The notes under the pieces were generated by a model. The model saw only the letters and a list, made by a program, of their open reading frames with translations, ran no database searches and was not told the DNA's origin. Shown piece after piece: positions 54,101-64,000 of a stretch of DNA of 64,000 bases (its first letter is position 1; the number at the start of each line of letters is the position of its first letter). The stretch covers positions 18,228,001 through 18,292,000 of the forward strand of contig OX597832.1 of assembly GCA_951406725.2 (NCBI GenBank), read 5' to 3'. Made by a program: the position numbers and the translations under genes. This DNA is from Octopus vulgaris. Its lineage: Eukaryota.

Positions 54101-54404
54101 AGATTTCAAATCTCATTGAGGTCATTTCAGTTTTCATCTATTTTGTATCCAGTAAACTAGAGTGCTGATCAAATACTGGTGTCAAATCAATGATTTACGG
54201 TTGACCTCCTTTGTTTCCAAATTGATCTACGAAGAAAGGATAATAACGAAATGGAATATAGTCCTCATTAAATCTTCTCGCATGGTGATAGTGTAGATAT
54301 CTTGAAACTTATCTATATAAAACTGACAGAAAAAATGTAAGGTTCGTTAAAAGCCCAGAAAAGTTTATTTCTTTCATGCTGTGTATATACACATCATATA
54401 TACA

Positions 54405-54789
54405 GTGGAGGCGCAATGGCCCAGTGGTTAGGGCAGCGGACTCATGGTCGTAGGATCGCGGTTTCGATTCCCAGACCGGGCGTTGTGAGTGTTTATTGAG
54501 TGAAAACACCTAAAGCTCCACGAGGCTCCGGCAGGGGATGGTGGTGATCCCTGCTGTACTCTTTCACCACAACTTTCTCCCAATCTTACTTCCTGTTTTT
54601 GTTGTACCTGTATTTCAAAGGGCCGGCCTTGTCACTCTCTGTGTCACGCTGAATATCCCCGAGAACTGCGTTAAGGGTACACGTGTCTGTGGAGTGCTCA
54701 GCCACTTACACGTTAATTTCACGAGCAGGCTGTTCCGTTGATTCGGATCAACCGGAACCCTCGTCGTCGTAACCGACGGAGTGCTTCCA
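54405..54789 (+). mobile_element. SINE family B (OR1-like), full length
   Basis: Near-identical to 22087-22472; TSD CATATATACA at 54395-54404 and 54790-54799. Confidence 0.92.
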
Positions 54790-55669
54790 CATATATACAT
54801 GTGAATGTTTTCCAACATGCCCATGGAAAGTATATTTTGCAACCAGGTCTTTCACAATTAATATTCGTAAAGGAAGAATAAGAGATGATTATTTGTAAAG
54901 GCAACCTTTGGAAAATTAATGAGGAATTCATTAAGAGCAATGTTAATGAAAATTATACCAACATTTCTTTACCGTGTTCACTTATACAGTTTCAAGCTGA
55001 TAGTATAAGAGCATTACAGGTGAGTTCAGTTGTGATACCTTAATGAGCAATGTAGGTCACTGGGAAAGAGGAATTTCTTCGAAAAACATGTTTGATAATT
55101 GCTTCGTATGTAAGACAAAGAGTGCTCCTTCAGGAATATGTACGTGAAACAGTAACAGTAACAGAAACAGTAAGAGATAAAAGCTATCATGTGAATTTGG
55201 AAAAGAAGTGTGGCAGTCTGTCGTGTATATGTATATGTATGTGTATGCATGCGTGTTCGTGTGAGTATGCGCGTGAGCGTCATGTGTGTATGCATGTATA
55301 TATATGTATGTGTGAATGTGAATGTGTCTTTCTGTTTGTGTGTATCGTACCGCCACTGTCAACTGGTTTTTGTCTTTTACATCAACGTAACTTAGAAGTT
55401 AGATCATAAACATCAACTGAATAAGTATGAGATTTAAATAAAACTAGAGGATTTTTGCCCCACAAAACTCCGCATGATACTGTCCCACCAAAACCCCTGA
55501 TCTTTTATAGGATATGTAAAGGTTTTTGCGTATGTATGTGCATGGACGTCTCTGCGTATCCTTACATTCCATATATAGGTATATCTCAAAAATATGTGCA
55601 TATGCGTGCTTGTATTTTGCATCTGTGAATCGTACATATGCTCGGTGTATCTCTATAATAGTGGTTTCA

Positions 55670-55882
55670 AATATTCCAACAAGGGCAACAGTTTTGGGGG
55701 AACGAATAAATTGATTACATCAACCCAGTTTTCAACTGGTACTTTTATTTACTTTTTTTTACTATTTATCTACCCAGAAAAATAAAATCGATCTCGGTGG
55801 AATTTGAACTAAGAACGTAGTGACGAGCGAAAAACGCTAAGCATTTCTTTCAATAGCTAACGATTCTGCGAGTTCGCCGCCT
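55670..55882 (-). mobile_element. degenerate SINE family C
   Basis: ACTGGTACTT..GGAATTTGAACT..GCTAAGCATTTC..GCTAACGATTCTGC.AGTTCGCCGCC. Confidence 0.72.
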
Positions 55883-56184
55883 GTATCTCTAAAATAATGG
55901 CGAAAAAAATGTGTTCTGGATTGAAATTTTTGCTTACACCCCTAGAAGAGTTTGGTCCTGCCCACAAGCAAAGCTACAGTGCAATGGCTCAAATCACGAA
56001 GTCTCAAATCTCTATTTTATAATTTTACTTTTCTTCTTTTCTTTTCTTTAATACAATTTTGCTAATGAATAAATTTTTATACATCATCTTTCTTAATATA
56101 CGTTCGTAGAATATCTTGTCGTTCTTGTTATTGTTGCTAAATTTGTCCTGATTGTATTTTTTTTATGTATTTGTAAGATCGGAT

Positions 56185-56252
<68 letters not shown>

Positions 56253-56477
56253 CATTATTATTATTATTATTATTATTATTGTTATTATTATTATTATTGT
56301 TATTATTATTGCTGTTGTTGTTATCATCATCATCATCATCACCACCACAATCATCATTATCACCACCACCATCATCATCGTCATCATCATCAACATCATC
56401 ATTATCATCATCATCATCGTCTCCGTCGTCGTCGTCATCATGATCATGATCAACATTATTATTATTATTACTATTAC

Positions 56478-56522
<45 letters not shown>

Positions 56523-56547
56523 CATCATTATTATTATTATTAATATT

Positions 56548-56578
<31 letters not shown>

Positions 56579-56592
56579 TTATTATTATTCAT
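56185..56592. repeat. (ATT)n/(CAT)n compound microsatellite
   Basis: Directly visible. Confidence 0.95.
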
Positions 56593-57194
56593 CTTTCAGC
56601 TTTCTTATTTTTGTTCTTTGACGTGTCTGTTGTTGTCAATGCTGGTGGTATTCTTTATCCTTTCTCAATATGTTATATTTTTTGTAGTTTTTATTTGTGT
56701 ATTCTTCTTCTGCACGTTTTTATGGTTTTTCGTTTCATTTTTTTTCATATTTCATTTTTCTAATATCTCTTTTTGTCTTTCATCTTTGCATGTAAGAAAC
56801 ACGTGAAACCCCACATTGAAGTTGTTCACGCGTCATCTTCTGCTTAATTTGCAAGTATTATAAATCATCACTATCTCTTACTATCTCTTTCTGCTTTATT
56901 TTCTCTCTCTCACTCACTCTCTCTCTCTCTTTCTCTCTCTCTCTTTGCACCCCGCTTTCTCTCTGTCTTTGTATTTATCTTTCCCTGCTCCATTTTCTTC
57001 GACTGTCTGCTCCATCCTTCTCCCTTTCTCATATATATGCCCTCACCTATTCCCTTCTTTGCTCCCTTCAATCACCCATTCAATCATACTTCTACTCTCA
57101 CATTTAGTCTAATACTCAACCACTCGATCACTTCCTCTGTCTTTGTCTGTCTGTCTGCCTCTTTCTCGCTCCCTCTTTCTCTCTATATCTCTAT

Positions 57195-57241
<47 letters not shown>

Positions 57242-57638
57242 TTAAATATTCATTTTTTCTACTATCATTTTATTTTTCTACTTCAAATTTGTCGAAAATC
57301 GAAACCTATCTCTCAATTTTGCCACTAGTTTTGCGTTTCGCCTTGTGCTCTCACTGTCTAACTCTCTCCGTTTCTTCCACTCCTCTCTGTCCCTCTCACT
57401 CACTCAGACACAAACACACACACACACACTCATAAACACAATATTGATTGCTCTTCTTTATTCAATTTTCTATTTACCCTCTTACTTTTACTTTGGGTTA
57501 ATTTCTCTTATATACGCCATTGTTATTTAATTCTTTCTTTTGAAAACTGTCTGTACCTCATTGTAATATTTTCCCAGTTACTCTTTCTCTCTGACAATCT
57601 TTACTTCTCTCCTCCTCCCAGTTTTCTTGGTTTTTTAA

Positions 57639-57705
<67 letters not shown>

Positions 57706-59226
57706 TTTATTTCTAATTATATTCTAGAATTCATTTTTATCTCGTTTATTTCTTACTAAGTCACCGAATTTCGTCTTCGTCTGTCATTTGAGTTTTACTA
57801 TCTTCTTTTCTGTCACTCTTTCGCCCAATTCGGGTGTCTTCCTATCTCGTATTTTCGCCATTAATTCATTTTACTCATGATCCATATTTTTTTCTTTCTC
57901 ACTTATTTTTAACGTCAAATCTTTCAGTGCGTCTAATGCTTGTACAAAATGGATGACATTACAATAAAGTCGTAATCGTGATCCTAATGGTGACAACAGA
58001 ACGCTACGCTAAAGACAGCAAAGAACACAGTTAAACCGTACGGAAGTTGAAGCCTACTACCCAAAAACTCAAGAAAAAAAGCTTGAACGAAGACCACGAG
58101 TATCGCGTCCGGCATTCTGTCGCTGAACTTGAAATTATATTTATACATCTTGAATATTTCGTGAGTAAAGTTCACACAAATGGATACACAGCAAGGTGTG
58201 TTATTATATCAAACAAGCTACCGGTACTTTCACTGTCTCTGTGTCCTAGTACATTACGTTTGCATGGGATCAAAAAGTTAGAGAAATATTATACAGAAGT
58301 ATTGATACTGTTTTCAAGCTGCCGCTTCGACCAATTGAATAATCACTCCCAAGTAAAGTTAGAATTATCTTTTTCCCAATTGTGCTTGATGAAAATATTG
58401 ATGAAAATAACTAAGAAGATTACAGGAAAAAAGTTAAACTTAAACATAATTTATATTCCTTTATCTTAGTTATAGGTGAGTGGATCGGAAAGACAAAATA
58501 ATTAACACTAGTAAATGAACGACGCAGGAAGATTGAGATAGAATAAAAGAGTCCAAAAGAACAAATAATTTAAACGTTAAATTATTTGACGACGGTATAT
58601 GAGAACAAAGACAAAGCCATTAGAAAATATGTATTAGATAAATAAAAAAAAATCCAATCCTTTCTCACATTCGTTGTAAATTAAGCAACGTTACATGCAG
58701 AAATTAAGAGAAAGTTCTAAAGAAATAATCTTCTCAAACAAAACCTCTATCCAAGCGCAAGATAAGAACTAATAGGAAAATGTAGACACTTCTTATATCA
58801 CCAATTATGTATGGTTTATACAGCGCCTTCCGTCGACTATATACACATAGGTGCATAGAAAACATATACTTTGTAACACCAATATTTTTGTATTATATCC
58901 AACTTTAATATTTATCCTAGTAAACAAATTTATTATATTTTTTTCGTTCTACGTCCAACTTTCTACTACTTCAAACTCTCCTGTATCAGCCTCTCCCAAT
59001 AGACATCCGCATATTGAAACATGCCAATAAAATCTATTAATTAAAAACTTGAAGACCAACAATTTTCACTGAACTACAACCAGAACGGAATTCAAAGTAT
59101 GTATGAGTGTGAGAACGTGTGTGTGTAGATTAATAGATAGGTAGATGGATTCATAGATAAATACATACATAGATTGATAGAGACATTGGTAAATAGATAG
59201 ATATAAATATATGTATATACGCGCGC

Positions 59227-59276
<50 letters not shown>

Positions 59277-60199
59277 AGAATGAGAGAGTTAGAGAAAGAT
59301 AGATAGGTAGATAGTTTTATAGTTTTATAGACTGAGAGATGAATTGTTAGATAGATGGAGATAGAGAAAGAATGCCTAAGAGAGAGGGAGAAAGAGACCG
59401 ATGGACAAAGGGACAGAGTGACAGACAAACAGCAGACAGAGAGACAGGTAGATAGAGAGATAGATAGACAGAGAGAAAGATAGATATGAAGAGAGACAGT
59501 CCGACAGACAGACTGTCGGATTGATGGACAGACAGACACACAGATATAAAGATAAATAGTAGATATATAGATAAATAGATAGAAAGATAGATAGTTAAAT
59601 AGGTAGATAAAGAGAGAGAGAGAGAGAGAGAGGGGGGAGAGGGATAAACAGGCTACAGCCTCAGGCACAAAGATAGAATACAGGCCTTAACTTCTGTCAT
59701 TTCTGACATGTTTTACAATTTCTTTACAATTTGGATTTGCCTGGGTTAGGCCACCTTCGCAAGAGCACTAATACCCGACGAGTCTCTTTTTCCATGAACT
59801 TCTGCATCTGCTTTAACCATTATTACAATTTCTCACCCCAGAAAACCGCTCTTGGGAATACCTTCTCCAAAATAATTTGTACAGGTGCAGAAGTACACAG
59901 GGTGATCTGGCATATTTGTAACTTGAAACTTTCTAGTTTTCTGCTAAGAACGCTGAGCCATGGGTATTGTTCCTTCCTTCTCACCCAGCAAATTAAAAAA
60001 AATAATTAATCAAAGAACTGAATAAAGGGAAATTCCAAGCGATGTAACAAAAGAGGTGGGAAAAAAATTGACCAAAATTATGTAAGAATGATATATAGAA
60101 GAACTAAACTCGTGATTTATAAAACAATATTCGAACGCCTACATACGTAGTTATACATGCATATATACAGATATACGCATATACACATATATCTATGTA

Positions 60200-60244
<45 letters not shown>

Positions 60245-60247
<3 letters not shown>

Positions 60248-60386
60248 CGCAGGAGTGGCTGTGTGGTAAGTAGTCCCGGGTTCAGTCCCACTGCATGGCA
60301 TCTTGGGCAAGTGCCTTCTACTATAGCATCGGGATGACCAAGCCTTGTGAGTGGAATAGGTAGACGGAAACTGAAAGAACCACATC

Positions 60387-60428
<42 letters not shown>

Positions 60429-60640
60429 GTGTGTGTCTGTGTTTGTCCCCCTAGCATTGCTTGACAACCGATGCTGGTGTGTTTATGTCTTCCGTAACTT
60501 AGCGTTTCGGGAAAAAGAGACCGATAGAATAAGTACTAGGCTTACAAAGAATCAGTCCTGGGGTCGATTTGCTCGACTAAAAAGCGGTGCTCCAGTATGG
60601 CCTCAGTCAAATGACTGAAACAAGTAAATGAGTAAAAGAG
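60245..60640 (+). mobile_element. SINE family A inserted in (TA)n
   Basis: Head (short deletion), internal microsatellite, tail; TA repeats on both flanks. Confidence 0.9.
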
Positions 60641-60674
<34 letters not shown>

Positions 60675-60865
60675 AAGAGAGAAATAGAAAGAGAGAGTGT
60701 GAGAGAGAGTGAGTGAGTGAGATATAGATAGACTGACTGACAGCTAGATAGATAGATATAAATTTATATAAACATACATCTCATATATATAGTTTATGTA
60801 TTTATATATCTAATCTAACTATATCTATCTATTTCACTCTCTGTGTTTCCCGCTCATTCCCTCCC

Positions 60866-60900
<35 letters not shown>

Positions 60901-60901
60901 G

Positions 60902-60966
<65 letters not shown>

Positions 60967-61115
60967 CACATATATACATATATATATGTAATTAAGATTC
61001 CGTTGAAATAGGTACTTAAATTGAGATGTAGATACCACACACGCCCCATACATGCATATATACATAGACCTACACACACATATATACACACTCACTCACA
61101 TATATATACATATAT

Positions 61116-61176
<61 letters not shown>

Positions 61177-62315
61177 CATACGTACATAAACCTACATATG
61201 CACATATACATACACACAGCTTCCCACTTCGTCTTTCATCTGACATATAAGATATATTTAAACGAATTGTAATTCATTTATATTCACTATCTCTCACACA
61301 TTATATATATGTATATATATATATATGTATATGTGTGTCTGTGTATGTGTTTGTGTGTATGTGTGCTTGGGGGGGGGGGTCGTATATGTATATATGTATG
61401 TATGTGTGTGTGCGTAAGTATATATATGCTCCTCTATATATGTAATCTGACTACGCTAATGTTTGCCTCTGTATATGTGTCTCTGTCCGCGTGAGAGTGT
61501 ATGGGGGGTAATCTTTAAGAAGGAGAAAAAGTTTAATATATGTAGTTACAAGATGATAATCATAAACGAGATGAAGATCTAGGTTCTAATAGGACAATTT
61601 CGTGCTTAACACATTTTTCCACAGTTCATTAACACCGACAAGAAAATTTTGTAACACGTCTTGTATTCATTTGAATATATTTCTAACACTCTTGGGTATT
61701 TATCTTCAATGATGTACATCAAAAAAGTGATAGCTGAAATGTATCTATAAATTTATACATATATGTATAAATATATGTATATATGCTTATATCTGTGAAT
61801 ATGATCTTGTTCAGAGATGCGGGTGGTTGAGATATTTTGCAATAATTTTAGAAAAAAAAGAAAGTGACAAAAATATATTGAAATGTATAACTTTAAATTA
61901 TGCAAGTATCTTTGCTATGTGATTGATTGCTTTTATATTGTATGTAAGATGGTAGGTAAGCTTCATATAGATACATATATGTAAGAATATTGCGTTAATT
62001 TATATTGCCATATATATATATATAGATATATATGCGCACGTGTGTGTGTAATGAAATGTATGTGTTATCGTTATTGTGTATGTATGCATACTTGTATGAT
62101 ATTGCGTGTGTAAACACATAAAATTATTAGCTGACAGTTGATCATGCGCACTTTATTATTTCACCCCCGACTTACGCACCCGTATATGAATATACTTCAA
62201 AGATAGTGATGTACTGCGATAAAATTATCAATATACATAAACGCATACACGCACACATGTATATATATGTATATATCTATATATCTATATTTATCTATAT
62301 ATATATTTGTAAATA

Positions 62316-62362
<47 letters not shown>

Positions 62363-64000
62363 ATTTTTTTATATTCATATACGTATGGAAATATATCTAT
62401 ATTCATATATAAGTATATATGTGTATATATACATATATACATGTACGTACCTTTTTCTATATAAGGATGTATATATATATATATGTATGTATTTATCTAT
62501 CTATATATATATCTATATCTATATCTACTATATATATATACATACATGTAATATATGTGTGTATGTGTTTGTTTGTATGTCTGTATATGTATACATGTGT
62601 GCATGTATATATATATATATATATATATGTATACATGTGTGCATGTATATATATATATATATACCTATTTAAAATCATACGTATATACATACATATATAC
62701 TTATGTTCGCACTTACATACGCGCACGGTGCCTTTCTCTCAAACATACACACATACACATACATATACACCTATGCTTGTGCGTGTAAGTGTTTACTACG
62801 TATATACACTGATATATATATATAAGCCATAATCTTTTAACATATTGATAAGTTTGTGGAGAGAGATATAAGTTAATATATATGTAGCCTCACGTTGGGA
62901 TTTCCAGTAATTTTTTTCAAATCTCAATTATTACCACAGTTGGATAAATAATGTACTGAATACTTAGTGGAATTAAAAGTCAACAAGTTTCCTGGGCCTG
63001 ATCACTGTCCTTCCTTTATTCTCATAATTGATCGGTGCTAAACTTCTTCAAATATTTAAAAACCTACCCGTTTCTCTTTTACCTTGTCTCTCTGTCCCTT
63101 TATATTCCCATAGAGATGTAGTGGAAAATTTCCACTTCCAGGATTAACAAATTTTGTTTCCCTACCAATAATAGCATATTTCTAGCATTGTTAATATGGA
63201 AGAGGTAATGAAGAGGGCCACTACCGTCCTTAGTCTACAAAAGAACAGGGTTATTTTGCTTCTTAATCTCTTACATTATATCTTTGTTAAAGATTATGAT
63301 ACAGTAAAATAACTCCCCACTATACTTCAGTGATACTTTTGCTATCAGAAACGTCGATTAAAGCCGTATTGGATGTTATGGCTCCAACGATTATTTTGTT
63401 CGCGTCTTACATTTGAATCTCCTGTTGATGGAGATATTTTTGACTCTTCCTTGCGCACACAATTGCGTTTATAATCCTACAAACATATGTGCCGATACTT
63501 CCGCCAATGCCTACTCTTATGTAGATGATAGCATACATTTTTCTTCCACAATATATATTTTACAAGCTCCAACTCGAAATACTTCTCACTAAGGCAGCAT
63601 TGAATTACGACGACATTCTTTCATTCACTATCCTTTTCAAGGAACGAATAGCTTTTTCTCCCGTTCAGTATGAACACCACACCAAAGGAATGAACATTGT
63701 TGCTATAGACTCAAAACTCATCCACTGTACCACTTACTAATTTACCTGGTAATCTTACCCTGCCTTATGAACACAGAATAACAAGTTTTCCCATCTGTAA
63801 ATAACAGGCGTAACTAAGCTAGACAAATGGTTTTCTAGCTTTGTTAAGGTTATAATGGTTATGTCCACGGTTATTGTGTGTGTTTATATATGCACTTATG
63901 CAGCTTCAAGTGATTTACAACTTATTTCTAACATTATAGGTGCTATTCAGCATCCTCTGTCAAAATTACGAAAATTATATTGTTCCTCTATGGTTTTATA

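Noticed and set aside
57984-58469. 140-aa ORF in unique sequence
   Set aside because: No recognisable domain, non-ATG start, AT-rich composition.
59690-59890. Possible Tc1-like transposase N-terminus on minus strand
   Set aside because: Needs multiple frameshifts over a short stretch; too weak to call.

Overview
AT-rich eukaryotic non-coding DNA (intergenic or intronic) with no recognisable host protein-coding exon; nearly all ORFs in the track are microsatellite artefacts. The repeat content resembles an octopus (coleoid cephalopod) genome, which is an inference from recalled SINE families, not a database result. The window holds dense (TA)n, (CA)n, (TATG)n, (GATA)n and trinucleotide microsatellites, more than 25 copies of several tRNA-derived SINE families (several with clear target-site duplications), two decayed Tc1/mariner (maT/DD37D-like) transposase remnants, a Tc1/mariner-type MITE and a tRNA-His pseudogene. 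The main hidden signal is a set of short non-coding elements, mostly inserted in or beside (TA)n tracts, that carry type I hammerhead ribozyme (HHR) folds: 5 with an intact core and about 8 variant or decayed. Several are long palindromes with a one-sided 3' tail, the architecture of Penelope-like retroelement (PLE) insertions. One element (46.1-46.6 kb), and probably a second (30.3-30.6 kb), fuses a tRNA-derived Pol III promoter to the HHR-bearing tail, suggesting a Penelope-dependent, ribozyme-carrying SINE. All folds and alignments were read by eye and need computational confirmation.
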